A stretch of 63,333 bases of DNA, the filler included, from Choristocarpus tenellus KU-1152 (taxonomy: Eukaryota; Protista; Phaeophyceae), in the NCBI GenBank assembly GCA_964200185.2. It is 12 parts of 12 records of this genome, joined end to end, with 100 filler letters (N's around TTAATTAATTAA, not from the genome) between each part and the next. Parts side by side here need not be neighbours in the genome. Positions count along the whole stretch, not along the records: positions 1 to 4,374 come from CAXNAD020014850.1; positions 4,475 to 8,047 come from CAXNAD020019176.1; positions 8,148 to 11,796 come from CAXNAD020018739.1; positions 11,897 to 15,340 come from CAXNAD020019984.1; 8 more parts are not named here. One strand, written 5' to 3'. Positions 1 through 13,657 of the stretch are shown one piece after another. The position numbers and the translations under genes are program-made. The notes beneath the pieces were generated by a model. It saw nothing but the letters and a program-made list of their open reading frames with translations, was not told the DNA's origin and made no database searches. Numbering within the stretch: the first letter of the stretch is position 1; the number at the start of each line of letters is the position of its first letter.

Positions 1-3000
1 GGGAGGGGGGTCGGGATATTGATAGGGTTTCTTGTATCTCTTTGATGACTCTGATGGAGAGTGGGAGGGGATCGTACTGAATGAACAATGCAATCTTTCA
101 TGTAAGTGAGGAATGGTTTGTCTTAGAAGGGAGCGTATTTTGCAGGAGTTAGAAGGGATTTATTTTCTCTTTTATGAAGGGGCAGTGGAGGGACCATCAC
201 AGAATTTGTTTGGAGACAGGGAATTGCTTAGGGGTAGGAGGGGGTGCATCAACTTCATCTAAGAGAATATATGACTATTATTGAGGGGTGCCAAACAAGC
301 GCAGTGTCCGCTAGTTCCGTGCAAGATTATCTGCAAGTCAATGTCCTTGGGTGCCGTCAGGAGGAAAGTTCCTATCTGCTCTGCTCCTGATGAGATAAAT
401 TGTTCATGCCATATGCTTGACAGGCTCAAGTGGCCCTTTGTCATGGCAGAAAATAGAAGATCTTTGTTCTTCAAACACCCCTCGGATTTCACGAGCCTTC
501 CTATCCAGACTGCTACATCCCTCCTATGATATGATGTGCATGCTTCTCATATGGGAGAGGCTTGATGTTCACCAAGTCACTGGTAGGGAGTAAGCATCAC
601 AACACAGGAGTAACCTGTGCATCACCTACAAGCTAGGTAGCTTCAGGGAACTGTAAGGTGCTTCATCTTTCACTGCGAGGGTACAGGCAAGATGTTGAAC
701 TCATATTCGAGGCACCTACGCCGCACAAACCTTCGACTGGCAAGGTGGGGTTGTCAACGTAGCGCTTGATACGCTCATCTTGCACCATGCGCATGACGAC
801 GGTTCAGGTATCTAAATGACAAAGAATCTACGCCAATATAATCTCGTCACTTGCTCTAATAATACCACGCAAAGGCAGCTGAGCAAGATACCACGATTGC
901 GTCGCTGTACCTTGTTCAAAGGGAAGGATTCAATCTACGCCCGAGATGCAATCTGTCATGACAGGGGGGGCAGACAAGGCAGCGGGCATACTGACGCGCA
1001 CTGTAACATCAAAAAGAGGCTGGTAGAAAGGTAAGAGTCTTAATTTCCTGTCCTCAATTGCTGTTTATGCAGCTACTCAGCTGCAACTAGCGAGGCGTAA
1101 TATAGAGTTGGGCATCCTTCAACCAACACGCCCCTCTCATGGACGTGCATTACTTGACACAACTAATTGACCAGTATGTACTTCATCCCACTTCTATCTC
1201 TTCCTCCAAAGATGTTGCAAGGGCAATGTACCTCCAAGTGAGCACCTCTGCTCTCAACTTTGGATCATCCACCAACACAAAGTATCAATACCCTCTCACA
1301 TTCTAGAAACCTCCACCTCGCCCCTTCCTCTGTACTTACCCTCAGTGGTAGCTACAGCATTACTATGCACAAGGAGAAGTAGAATGCACTCCCTCCAGAG
1401 GCACAACTACGCCACAATGGTGCAACGCCCGATACAATCCCTCAGATTGTCGCATGCAAAATGAAACAAAATGGTTGTGGTAGAATTTACATGACAACTC
1501 AAACCCTAACCCTTGTGGAGATTTTTGGGATAGTGTGAACTATTTTAACGTGAGATCACACACCTACAAACTACACTCCACTGGTGGACGAGTCCACCAC
1601 CCTGAGAGCTCGGGTTGTCTCCGTTCGCGTTGTGATCGCTCTCTCTACCTTTCTCAAGTTTTACTTCAGTGCCGCGAGCTCTTTGCGGTCGAAAAGAGAG
1701 TGGTCATGTTTGGCAAGGTGAGGTCATCCCGACTCATGATACTGCTTTCGCCAAGATCCTGACCGGAAGGTTGGGTAGCCGAGAACCGACAAACATGGCC
1801 GATGAGTGTACATCGCTACCAATACTATATTTAATGAAAAATCTGCCAAGGTTTATCTACCGATCGTGTGGACGAGGTCTGTTCATTGCATAGTGCTTCG
1901 ATTTGCCCTGTTATGCTTATGATACATGAACAAGGAGGCAACTAGGTATTGTTCCAATTTCATATTCTTCTATTGAAACATTACGCTCATATGATGGATC
2001 AGTGCAACTGTGGTTCCATGCTGGATGTCGGAGGTGGTTTGCAGACCGACGTTGATCTTCTATAGTGCGCCCAGGCGGGGCATTTCTTTGGGTAGTGCGA
2101 TTGCGAACAGGGTCTGTCCAAAAGTGAGAGCCCAGGTACAGACACCACAATCGCAACTATAGCACAAATGTAATACCTACGCTGTGACGCATTTTCTTGA
2201 GCGAATCCCATGCCATCCTCCCAACCTATTTCCGTGTCGGTCAAGATACATACGTATGCTTGCCTATGAGGGTCAGAAGACATGTTCGTGCTATCGTGCC
2301 CATTTGCTATATATAAAGTTTATTTCGCACTGTACTCCTTTCACTCACCCTATTCTCCCTTCACTTGTCTCTGTTGATAATGGTACATCCAACGCATGCT
2401 GATGTAATTCATACCTTAGTGTTGACCGTTACCCAACCAAACGCATACTTGGTAATAGCTGAGTGCATATGTCGCTCACGTGAAGGAACTGATCTTCTCG
2501 GTCCAAGGTTGTTATGTGCTACCAGCATGTTGCCTGTTCCTGAACATAAGTGGTTCGTCCTTGCACTACTCAACAAACCCCCACTCAATATGACTGCAAC
2601 CCTTTCATTATAGTTTGCTCTAGATGATCTATAATCCCGGCACTACAAGCAATCGCAGCAAATACCAAACTTACCTAAGCAATCCCAATGAAATACGCAC
2701 CGGGAAAACTTCTATGACAGCATACATAAACCAATAGAACTATCTCCTCTTACATCAGTATAGTATGTTGCAGACTATGTCCAACCCACACCTCTCAAGG
2801 TAGGTACGTCCTATAGCAAACCTTCCAGCTACATTGTCGGACGATTGCCTCTCGCATGCCTCCACATATAACAGTACCACCCACTCCTACCTCTACCCGC
2901 CTACAAGTACATGCTCTCGAATTAGACGTACACAAGGAGCAAAACAAGTAACAATTCATGCCTTTCTGATCAATTGATCAGTGCATCACAATATATATTT

Positions 3001-3115
3001 TTTTATTTTCCCTGCCACTCACGTAACTGCCCCTTTTCCACCCGCACACACCCCCGCCAAAAACATCCATCTGTCAATCATTTCTTCTCTGTGCTGGAAG
3101 GTGCCTTACCTCCCC

Positions 3116-4061
3116 ATGTCTGCTGGTGGCGCGGCAGCAGTATTCCTCCTCGCAGCCACAGGCCTCCCGTTACAGACCTGTGGCTTCGGGCTTACCCCCC
3201 GCCCAAGCGTCACTCCCGGGAAAGTAACTTCAACGACGATCATCCGATCCTCTCGTGGTGCTGTCCAGAATGGTGAGGGGGCATACTGAGCGGTTCTCCA
3301 TTGGAATCATCATGTATAATTTAGATTACGCAGTCTCACACATCATGTTTCCGATGTCTTGTGTGCTGTAGAGACTTTTGAGAAGAGATCGTGCGATACT
3401 CCTATTTGCACAGCAGCTACCTGTGACTGTTTTTCGTTTTTGTTGATCTGTACTTGATCCTGTTCACCCTAACCCTTTAAGCACTTCGCAATAAGGATTT
3501 AATACTTTTGAGCTTGATCGTGTACTTTTGAATCAGGTCAGCTCTTATGAAACTGGACTAACCTCAGTAGTATCCATTTGTGTGCGTGGGATGAGAATTC
3601 CTTGAGATTGAGGATATAGATACACGGCAACATTTTTTTTTTAAGTTGCGACCGGCATACTCTGTTGATAAAAATTGGAGGATACATGTTTATCTGCGTA
3701 TTTACTTCATATCCTGCGATATGTCTTGATGCTAGACACGCTTGCTCCGCCATCACTGCACGGTATGAAATGATCATATTATCATTTCAAGTGTATCCAC
3801 TGCCACATGCGTGAAGACTTGAACTCTGAAACCTTTCACCTCCTCCCTCTAAGGCTGCTGAGTATATTTCTTTCAAAATTTTGCGTCTCTGGTTTCTTGA
3901 TGTGATGCGTACCAGGTCCCAGGGCTGCAGCCACTGCCCCTGTGATGATGTCCACGGATGTCCCCGAAGGTCCCGTTGGTGGCGTGAGCGCACCCTTCAA
4001 GGCACGTTCAAAGTTTTTGGCAGGCGTTCGTCGACTTGCGGAGAGGCGCCGTGCTTCTCCG
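3116..4061 (+). CDS. 5' exons of a predicted plastid-targeted protein of unknown function (partial)
   Basis: Exon 3116-3272 (ATG to AATG|gtgagg) and exon 3916-4061 (accag| to CCG|gtgagg) join in phase 1. They give MSAGGAAAVFLLAATGLPLQTCG-FGLTPRPSVTPGKVTSTTIIRSSRGAVQNGPRAAATAPVMMSTDVPEG..., i.e. a signal peptide, Phe at +1 (ASAFAP-like) and an S/T/R-rich transit peptide. Confidence 0.6.
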
Positions 4062-4374
4062 GTGAGGATCTCGATTGTTGCACAGGCCTGCTTTTGTGAT
4101 GGGTGTAGAAGAAGTATTTTTTTTTATCTCTCTAGTGGAAAATAAATAACAAGTTGGTTGTTCCCCGAATCGGGGATGACGTTGACGTTGTATTCTGTCT
4201 GAAGTATTTATTTCTCTTTTTTTTGTGTGATAGGAAAGAGCCAGTTCCGTGCTTTTTTGTATTGTTCTCTTTGTAGGACAATTTGTATTATACTTCATAA
4301 CTAGACACAAATTCTCGCTCTTGTGGGGGGGGGGGGGTTTCCTTGTCTTTTTGTGTGTGTGAATGATCCCGTCA

Positions 4375-4474
4375 NNNNNNNNNNNNNNNNNNNNNNNNNN
4401 NNNNNNNNNNNNNNNNNNTTAATTAATTAANNNNNNNNNNNNNNNNNNNNNNNNNNNNNNNNNNNNNNNNNNNN
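4375..4474. other. Artificial assembly linker (44N-TTAATTAATTAA-44N)
   Basis: Identical 100-nt spacers also lie at 8048-8147, 11797-11896, 15341-15440, 18650-18749, 24316-24415, 34041-34140, 36878-36977, 52582-52681, 55382-55481 and 60208-60307. The core has stops in all six frames. Confidence 0.97.
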
Positions 4475-4510
4475 TGTTTTTTTTTGGTTGGTGGTGGGTG
4501 GGGTGTGTGT

Positions 4511-4542
<32 letters not shown>

Positions 4543-4661
4543 CTGGGGGGGACTCTCATGCCCTTGTAGATTGTCTAAAGTACTTTAGAGTAGTCAGAAA
4601 GAGTAGTGTGTTAACCACACCATCCCCTCCGCAAGTCCTGATTTTTAACCCTACCCTGCAG

Positions 4662-6407
4662 GACCTTGCCTCAGGTCCAACTGCAGCAGAGGTCACATCT
4701 GTCGTTGCCTCAGTTAAGGTTTCACGCCACCTTCAGATGGAAAACCCCAAGGATGCTGTTGGAGCCCTGGCAGAGGCGTTGGCTTCAGGGCAGGACCCTG
4801 CTGCGATCGGCAATGCGCTGGGAGGGGTAACTGCTCAGGGCTTGAAGGCAGCAGTGGCGAAGGCATTGTCGTCAGGGCCTGCTGTTGCAGCTGTGGGGGA
4901 GATCGTTCAGGTAAAGGCACTAACAAGGCAAATGGGATGGGGGGGGGCTGGGGGATTCTTGGCTAAGAGGGGGAGATTTTTCTTTGAATGCCGAGCTAAA
5001 AGGTAGGAGCATTGTAAGCGATAAGCTAGTTTTTGTAAGAACTTTGCCTTTTCCTGTTTTCTGAGAACTTTTTATTAGGCCTGTAAAACCACCTTAATAT
5101 CACCAAAACAAAGTATATAGTAGATACTATACCAGTACTAGTAATTGCAATTATAAGGGATAAATCTAAAAATAAGATGAACAAAAAACTTTACATTGAA
5201 CTGCTATTACTCCAGCAGAACCAATTGTAACTGCGACTGATGTAATAAACCTGATTTAATTTTCATGTAAGTCTCTGTGGTTGTTTGTGTTTGAGCCCCC
5301 ACAGACGTTTGTAACGCTCTATGAGGAGAGGTGTTTATTTGCAGTGATTTGGTGTGTTCATGGAATTGGTGTTGATCAGAGTTTCTTTTCTTTTTTTTTG
5401 CACACACACACGCAAGGAGATTGAACAATTGCTCTCCTCGGTTCAGTGCATTTTTTTTTTTTACTATGAATGAAGTAATGGGATTGGCTGCAAGACATGG
5501 TCCTGGGTGCCATTCAGAACAGGGGGCAATACCTGCCAATGCAACACATTGCTTAGATTAGTAGGGTGTAGAGGCAGACTGGGTAGTTTTTTGACAATTT
5601 AATGTTCGTACAGGGTTGCTGAGCGTCCTGTTTGTCGTGCCATTCGGGGGTCTTATTTCGTATTCCTCACATCCCACCGGTGATTGCTAATATTAGTGAG
5701 TGAAGAGATAAGTATTTCCCCTCATGTATGGTCTGCTTGTTAATATTTAGGATGTATGTTGGCGGTTTGTCTATACATCCGTAGTTGGTTTTGTTTGTTT
5801 GTAGGGTTAGCTGTTTTAGTCGCATGTCATGTTGTTCAATGTCACAATGGACTTGGGGTTATGGAGTTGCAGGCATTGAGTGATCCCTTCCAATCAGTTC
5901 TTGATAAGGAATAGGATGATCGCCTCGTACACTCACTCGCCATGTGGCGAAATGTTTTCTTCATAGAAAGCACCAGTAACATCTCACTTGGTGTATGGTT
6001 TTCATTACTTTCCCTAGCCCTATGTATATAGACTTGCTTGCAATGGTGTAGCTGTTGACGTGCTGTTCACCCTGGGATTCTGGTAAGTCAGAGCAGTGGC
6101 ACCAAACAATATTGCCTTTTTGGCATGAAAGAGCAATTGGTGTTTCCTCTTTGACTCTCTCTCTAGTCCTGGCAGGAATGGGGCAGATACAGACCCTTGA
6201 GAACAGTGTCAACATTTGTTATTAGGATTAAAGTGTTTACCGACTCAAATATTTCTTGTGCTCTAGTTTGATTTGTGTTGATCGGGGTGCCCCTCTCCCT
6301 GGTAAGCTTTGCTGCGAATACTGATGTTTTTAATCATCTGCTATCTTCTCATCTTGCAAAATGTGCAGGTGCCAAAGAAGGATGAAATCGTCAAGATGCT
6401 TGCCTGA
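4662..6407 (+). CDS. Last two exons of a peptidase M16-family protein (cytochrome bc1 core protein 2 / MPP-alpha-like)
   Basis: Exon 4662-4910 (ctgcag| to CAG|gtaaag) and exon 6369-6407 (gtgcag| to TGA) give ...GGVTAQGLKAAVAKALSSGPAVAAVGEIVQ|VPKKDEIVKMLA*. This matches the typical core2/MPP-alpha C-terminal pattern VT..D.K.AA.K.L...P..AAVG....VP..DE. Confidence 0.7.
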
Positions 6408-8147
6408 TGGTACTTTGAAGGGGGAGAGAGACAGAGAGAGAGAGCTCACTCGGCCTCATGGTCTCAGCCAAAATATCTAATGCCACCTTGGGAACATGCT
6501 ATCTGTTGTCTTGGGAGTTGCAGAACATGTCCAAGGATTATGGTTGCTGCCCATTGTGAAGCAGGGACAGGGCGAGGAGTTGCTTTCATGGATGTGTTGG
6601 ATATTTCAATGTTCTCATTCTCAGTGCTTTTGAGAGCTGACAAGTGCGTGTTGACACAGGTGCACCAACTATTTGGAGAATGTTTTTGAGTCCAAATAGG
6701 GACCAAACCCCTACTGTCTTGCGTAGCAACTGGCTGGTAGAACACCTCATGTTGCAGGGAGTTGGGTTGAAGGTCTTGGTTGTGTTTCTTGAAGGGGGGG
6801 GAGGGTGAGGAAGAAGGAAGAGGAAGGGTGAGAGGAGCTCTTGTGGATTTGGGAGAAGGCAAACCTCAGCTTTGTCGTGTCAGGCATTAAAATTTCGTGT
6901 CAAAAGCACCTCTTGTGTACTTTTATTTTATACCCAACTCCTAATGGGGGGTGGGTTTATGTCAATGACTGTGTGTAAGCACTGTCTGCGTGAGGTACAG
7001 AAAAGCAAATATAGCTGAAAAATTGGTGCACCCAATGATTTTGAGGACAAATCGAAGGTTTCAGCAAACATGATGTTGGATGTCAATGGATTGATATGAC
7101 ATTATAGGGTGTACCTCCAATATTCAGGCACACTGTTGACCGTACATTGTCGATACTTCATTCTGTAGTCTGTTTATTTCACAATCTTATGTTTCCGTCG
7201 ACTCTTATTGCATCTTCTAAGTAGTATTTACTTCCCTAGTGAGAAACCCTCAGAGAAGACCATTGTACTGACATGCGCTCACAGACACCTGCAGGACAAG
7301 ACCTCTAGTGTACATTGTTTGATCGGGAAAAGAGGTAGGATGTTACGTTCTGCCACTGTAGTGCTCCAAGTAGTCTTACCTTGCCATGATTGAGTCGATA
7401 AATATTTTTGTTCGGTGATGAGTGGTGGGTAGATTATGTTATCTGAAGATTGAGAATGGTGTCATTATAGACATGCAACTTGTTTGCCTGGTCATGTATT
7501 AGATCGTAATTGATGTTTGGAGATTGACTCGATGTATGGGCTGCATCCATGGTAGCGTTTGTGTGTGACAGCACGTGTGAATCAAGAGAAATACCCAGAG
7601 TTACTTCTGTTGTAGGTGCTACAACTATCTACATTTTTGTCCAGTACTTTGAGGATCATTGCTCCTTCCCCATAGTACAAAGTGATTCTGGCTTGTTGAT
7701 CTTGGTGATATTATATGGTGTACCTCTGTCGAATTGACATCAATATTTTTGGTAATATGTAACACTAAGAAGGCGTTACCAGTATGAACTAGTACTTATT
7801 TGGGGTGGTGATACAATATATGGTATGATGACAAAACACGTGCCTAGTAATTCAAATCTGCGGTCCAAATAGCTGACGCTAAAGTTAAAATACTTGTGTG
7901 TTCAAGAGGCCAGGATTGTTCCACCTTGTGGACCTAATCAGCACTTACTAGTGGTAGTCAATCTGAGCCTCCAAAAAAATGGAAGGGGGAACTACGCAAA
8001 AGGCTCCTAACAGGGGAATCTCAAAATTGGGGAAGGCGCGGGAAAATNNNNNNNNNNNNNNNNNNNNNNNNNNNNNNNNNNNNNNNNNNNNTTAATTAAT
8101 TAANNNNNNNNNNNNNNNNNNNNNNNNNNNNNNNNNNNNNNNNNNNN

Positions 8148-8395
8148 AGGGACCAAGGGAAGGTCCACATGCACTTGAGTTAGTTGAGTTCGGAAAGGGT
8201 TTGTGGGTGGAAGGAAGGGAGGGAGGGAGGGAGGGAGGGACCAAGGGAAGGTCCACATGCACTTGAGTTAGTTGAGTTCGGAAAGGGTTTGTGGGTGGAA
8301 GGAAGGGAGGGAGGGACCAAGGGAAGGTCCACATGCACTTGAGTTAGTTGAGTTCGGAAAGGGTTTGTGGGTGGAAGGAAGGGAGGGACCAAGGG
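8148..8395. repeat. G-rich tandem repeat, about 75-87 bp unit, 3+ copies
   Basis: The core agggaccaagggaaggtccacatgcacttgagttagttgagttcggaaagggtttgtgggtggaaggaag repeats with a variable (ggga)n linker. The array is truncated by the gap. Confidence 0.95.
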
Positions 8396-9022
8396 CAGGT
8401 TTGTTTGTTGACTCAGGGAAATTGCAGTGGTAACGTTGGGAGGATCTTGAGAGGGAGAAACGTCAGCGTTTCGATTTTTTGTGCCAATGCACCTCGAGGT
8501 TTGGATTAGGGTGTGTGTGAGTTTTCCATTTTAGGAAGGTGTGGAGATGTAATGAGAGAGAGAGTTTTTCGTAGTGCACAAACTCTGCACTCACCATTCA
8601 TGCCTGCGTATGAGCTGTGTTATAAGGGACAACGTGTGTGCGTGTGTGTTCGTGTGTGTGCGTGTGTGTGCATACATTATCCTGCCATTAGCTGTGAAGA
8701 TGATATGAAATACATGTTTTTGGTGTACAAGCATTCAAGTCTTCCACTCCTCTTCACGACCATGCATGTACAGGTGTTCGAGAAAGTGACAAATACATCA
8801 GTGTGGAAACTAAGAAGGGGCGAAACAGTGTACAGTGCCGAAAACAATGATCTCAACACACCAGCAAATCAGTGAACGTACTTGACTTACATCTGTAACA
8901 TCTACACACATAACTGTGGACCTGCAAAGAGAAAACTTAAGCGATAGGGATCCACCATATACGATCCAGCATACATCATGCTGAGGCTTCAAACAGCAAC
9001 CTTTTGCCCTTCCCGCTCTCAC

Positions 9023-9875
9023 GTGATTGGTGCAGAGCTCAAGCAAGATGTAGACATTCTCCTTGTCTTCAAAGAACATCTCAAAGCGAACGACCCGAGG
9101 GTGCTGGAGTGTTCGGTGTATCTTGATTTCCGTTTGGAGCTTGGGTGTTTCAAATCGGTTATGTTACATCCCAGAGGGGGCAGTTCAGAGCCAGGTCGTA
9201 AGTGTTGGGTTGGTGAAGCAGGTATGGGATGTCCAAGAAGCTAATTAGAATGATATATACAAAATTTGATGCCAAATTCCGCACTCTTGAGCGGGAGAGA
9301 AGGACTCACCTTTTGTCTTGCCCTGCTCTTTGTCAAGGTACTCTTAGGAACGATCTTCATGGCAAAAGGCCGGCCAGTGGCAACGCATGTCACCTTGAAG
9401 CACTTTGCGAATCCGCCCTTGACAAGTTCCAAAGGTATGAGCAACGGGATAAGAACCAAGAGCGATAATAACAGCGAAGTTAAAAGTCGGGGCCAGATTG
9501 AGGCAGAGGGTAAAGCACGACGAGAATGCAGGTATGCACGAGGAAATAGCTTTCTCCACGATGTTACAGGCAGCATAACATATCGTTCTTGTGTCTGCAA
9601 AACATTTTGACACACAGGAATGAAAGATGAACGGCCTTTTGGGGGCGTGTATCTCTCACTTTGCCGAGAAGTCGACCCTTCAGGTAACGATGAACAACAA
9701 CCTCCTCTCCCCTCGAGTTCTTCTTTTTGCACTCTATCACCTCCTGTTGAGGTCTATCCTCCTTTTCCACCCCAACGCTACCACCCACTGAGGATCCCTT
9801 GACTCCATTTACTCCGGACGTGGCCTGAGGCTGTTCCCTCCTTCCTACTCGTGCAAATTGCTCTTGTGTCGCCAT
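9023..9875 (-). CDS. PLK1: Polo-like kinase, first three exons (kinase N-lobe)
   Basis: Exons 9875-9660, 9417-9310 and 9139-9023, all phase 0 with GT-AG, give ...RYLKGRLLGK|GGFAKCFKVT...FAMKIVPKSTLTKSRARQK|LQTEIKIHRTLQHPRVVRFEMFFEDKENVYILLELCTNH. GKGGFAKC is the PLK signature. Confidence 0.93.
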
Positions 9876-11715
9876 GCCAGTCCTTGTGTGACTTGAGCCA
9901 GCAAAATGGCTGGCTCACTCCGAAGTTCGAACTCGAAGCGATTCCCCCACGATGTTGCACTATATTTCAGGGTTCCATGCCAGATTGATAACAAAAGGTC
10001 ACACACTCAACACACAGGAGGGGTACCTTCCCTCCAACCCCCAAACGGTCTGGTGTTCAGATTAGGGGTACTATTTCCCAACAGAATTAGTCCCGATAGG
10101 GGAAGGGCCAGCAGGAACGAAGTGATGCAATCGAAATAATAGACGGAGGTGCTAGCTTCTCTTCCTCGCACTAGTCACGCTCGTGAGGTCTTGGCACGAT
10201 GCACAACAACAGTGTCCTAGCGAGGTGTTGTTGGGTGTGTGCAAAGGTCAACGGCCTGTTATTATTGTCAGGCGTTCTTATCTCGTTTGACCCTCTTTCG
10301 CGCAGTAAGCGCGCAGAATATTTAAAGATTTATTCTTTGTGGACCAAACACCTAAGTTTCTCTTGACTTTAGGTACACTTGCCAAAAATTTTAAGGAGGA
10401 ATAATGAGAAATTATCATTGAACACCCTAAAACCTATATCATTGTCCATAAACGACTTTATGTTCCTACAAGAAGCAATGGAATACCCCCCTCCTACATT
10501 TATATCTATCCCACAATGAACCTCAGGGCCCCAGGTTGACCAGTAGTGGCAGTTTGTGGCTGAAGACTGATGGTGTATTCTCATTTTTCGGAAGAACTAG
10601 CAATTTCTTTGGAAGAGGGTAGGTAGGGTTTTAATTATGATTATCGTATTGGGTTCCTACTTGTCCATTATTACTTACTAACTATTCCGTCGTTGTTGTA
10701 TTGTAGATAATGGGATTTGGGGTCCTCTCAGCATGCACTCATTACTCCCACCCTCACCCCTCCTTCAATTACATATTATCTTGACATGATAACAACTCAT
10801 TATTACTCTAGTTCAAAGATTTTCTGTCTCCTTCAAATAATGACTTTTCCTCGATTTTCTAATAATAGGGTGAGGAAGAGAGATGGGTGGTTGGTTGAAG
10901 GAGGGGGAGGGGGACCAAACAACACCATACGAATTCTTATGTTCTAATAAAGCACCAGCAGCAGTAGTAGTAGTAGTAGTGGGCTCCCCACCCGATCCTG
11001 CGTTGGTCAACAACTATAAATATCTATGTTACTCCTATCATTAAAAAAAAGTACAAATGATTAAAGGTAACATTATTGTCATTATCGTTCACAATCGTTT
11101 TCAATACAGTTAAGTAACGGGTGCCTCCTACATGCCTGGGACAACAGGCATAAAATGTAGCCATTAATAGGTGAAACCACTGAAGAGGGGGTTCAATTTA
11201 TAGGAGTGCAGAACGAGTCTCTTCTTAATTCTGGTGTCACCCTGTTGAGTAGAAAGGGTGAACATCAATTTTGCGTTCACTATTGTGCACATAAAACAGC
11301 GCAATAATAGAGTGTGTTGTACAAGGTAAGAAAAGAGACTTGGAATGAAAAAGGGTCCAAACCTGCCTACATCTCAATTGGCTTGGCTCTTTCTGACTGT
11401 CCCACTAAATCAAGTATATTTACATTGCCTCCATTCTTGCCTTGGTTCTCTAGCATCGAGTTCAACACTCCCACCATCCGTCCCTTCATTTCCTCCCTCA
11501 AATCTTCTGCCGAACCCACCCCAAGTTCCTACCTTCATCTTGGTCTGGTGTTTTCGTGTATAGGTACACAGACAGGTTATTACGTTATTTTTATTCACAA
11601 TAACTTCATTCAATAGTGAAGGGTGTACACTCCGTTCGTTGAGGTTGCCCCACATGGAATACTACTACTTTTAGCATCATCAAAACCTGATTTCCGTGAA
11701 AACAAGTCTAGCGTT

Positions 11716-11796
11716 GGACCCCAATTATCTAGGGGGGGGGGGGGCCTGCTCTGGAGTGTCCTTTGGACCTAAAACAGGGAAAGGTGCCCTTTCATT
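11716..11796 (+). mobile_element. MITE subfamily A, left part (truncated by gap)
   Basis: ggaccccaattatctag-G(n)...gtgtcctttggacctaaaacagggaaaggtgc is similar to the complete copy at 20049-20221. Confidence 0.7.
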
Positions 11797-11934
11797 NNNN
11801 NNNNNNNNNNNNNNNNNNNNNNNNNNNNNNNNNNNNNNNNTTAATTAATTAANNNNNNNNNNNNNNNNNNNNNNNNNNNNNNNNNNNNNNNNNNNNTGGG
11901 GGCAGGGGGCCGTCTGGACCCTAGGCCCTTCGGG

Positions 11935-12095
11935 GGTGGGGGGGGGGGTCTACACCAGAGAGTCCATTTGGACGAAAAACAGAAAAAGTGCACTTTCATT
12001 ATCCATCCGACGTATGGACCAAATCATCCAAAATCGCGACATGAAATAAATGGTCCCAAATGGACAGCTGACACCCCTCCCAGATACTCTGAGCC
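11935..12095 (+). mobile_element. MITE subfamily A copy
   Basis: G(n)tctacaccagagagtccatttgg...atccatccga...aaatcgcgacatga...cagatactctgagcc followed by TGA; homologous to 20049-20221. Confidence 0.85.
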
Positions 12096-12099
12096 TGAG

Positions 12100-12420
12100 T
12101 GTGATCTCATCCGAGTGCTGGAGGCTGTGGAGAAGGTCTTCTGATGGTCCTTAGTAGGTTGCAAGTAGAATACCGAAGAACTGATCATTGTCTTTGGCGT
12201 AGGTACATGCAGTGTTGCTAGATATAGATGAGGTGGCATCAGGAAGTGTGGTGAATGTGGACGCAGACGTAGCATCTGTGATGGTTTGAGAGTGTGAGCT
12301 GGATTGGACCAGGATGCAATGGGTCCGAGGCACCACATATCTCAGGGTCCCCGTGAAGTGTGAGGTGGTCCCAGGAAATTCGTTGCCAGAGAAGGTGGGA
12401 AGTTGGAGGGTTGGTTCCAT
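12100..12420 (-). mobile_element. Degenerate Ty1/Copia gag-like fragment
   Basis: MEPTLQLPTFSGNEF...NDQFFGILLATY*GPSEDLL resembles Copia gag N-termini and has an internal stop. Confidence 0.4.
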
Positions 12421-13601
12421 GATGTTGTCAAGGACGTAACTATATCAGGGGGCGTGTGACCAATGTAGTGATTTAGTACAGGGCGAGATTCAAGTGAGCT
12501 GGTCAAGTTTTGAATTGCTCATAACAGGTTCAAAACTAAATGGCATGAATCGTTGGATTTCACGAAGTGGTCTGTGCAGAGGGTTGAAGTCTCACAGGCG
12601 AAGAGGTGACTCAGTGCACTGAAATACTGTTGGATTCACTGTAGTGAATCTCAATATGCTCTGTGTCGAGGCTGATAGAATACTAACATGTGTTCAAAGA
12701 AAGTGATGCATGCTCTGAGTAGAAGCTTGCTACCTTGTGAAGGAAGCTTGTTAATGCATCAACTCTGAAGATGTCTCATCCAGTTGGGTGTTGGGTACAC
12801 TTAAAGCAGAGTGACAATTAAAAGTGAAAGCGGGGTAATAACGTGCTATATGAACTATACAATTAGATACCAGTGTTGTTTCTTGTCTGATAAAATATTA
12901 ATTGACATGAATATAATTCTGAGTCACCTCATGCGTAGCATACTGATTTGCATGTTGAATATCTACTGCCAATTCCAGGAATTCAAGTATAATATAGTTA
13001 CACACATATACTGCAACGTTAAGTTTTGATGATATACTGCATGGAGCGATATACACATGTGATCTAAGTGCTTACACACTAACCGACCAGCACTAGTGGA
13101 TGAATAAACAGTCCACAGTAGTTTATGTTACAGGCAAATAGCGCGAGCATTTCTTCCCATGTTTTAGCAAACACGAACATTTGTGACAGACGTATAGTGT
13201 GAGCATTGTTTCTCGGGTCCTAACAAGTGCGAACAATATACGATATTAGTAACACATAGGTAGCCTTACGGAATAAATGATGATTTGATAGGAGATGTAG
13301 AGTAAGATGTGAAATTAAAACGTAGTCTTACAGAATAGATGTCAATTCTTGAAAGTTGCAGACCAATGATTCATGATTGAAGTATCTATATAGCAGTTTG
13401 CAGACTTCATTTAACTCTTTGGCCGCAGAAAAATGGTGGACGAAAGTTGATAGAAGGCTGAAAGCTCACCACACCTTTCAGTTCTTTTTGATGTACCTCT
13501 TTTGATAAAGCGAAAAGCCAGACATTGACTGAGCTAAACATCAAGCTGACACCGTACGTGGTTATCATCTGTGGACCCCCCTCGTAGCGTCGTTTTAAGG
13601 T

Positions 13602-13657
13602 CGTTGGATTTGAGTTGTAGATCCTGTGGAGGTGAGTTCTGAGGGGCGCCTGCAACA
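13602..13657 (-). repeat. LTR-like terminus (TGTTGCAGGCGCCCCTCA...)
   Basis: The reverse complement matches 15286-15340 over about 55 nt, and similarity starts exactly at a TG dinucleotide. Confidence 0.6.

Noticed and set aside
600-2300. Exon-like segments on both strands (e.g. 965-1030, 1669-1717)
   Set aside because: They could not be joined in consistent phase or matched to a protein family.
4419-4430. Recurrent palindrome TTAATTAATTAA and ORFs ending in ...LIN
   Set aside because: Always centred in a 100-nt N spacer; an assembly linker, not biology.
8148-8395. CRISPR-like repeat-spacer pattern
   Set aside because: The variable part is only (GGGA)n length variation.
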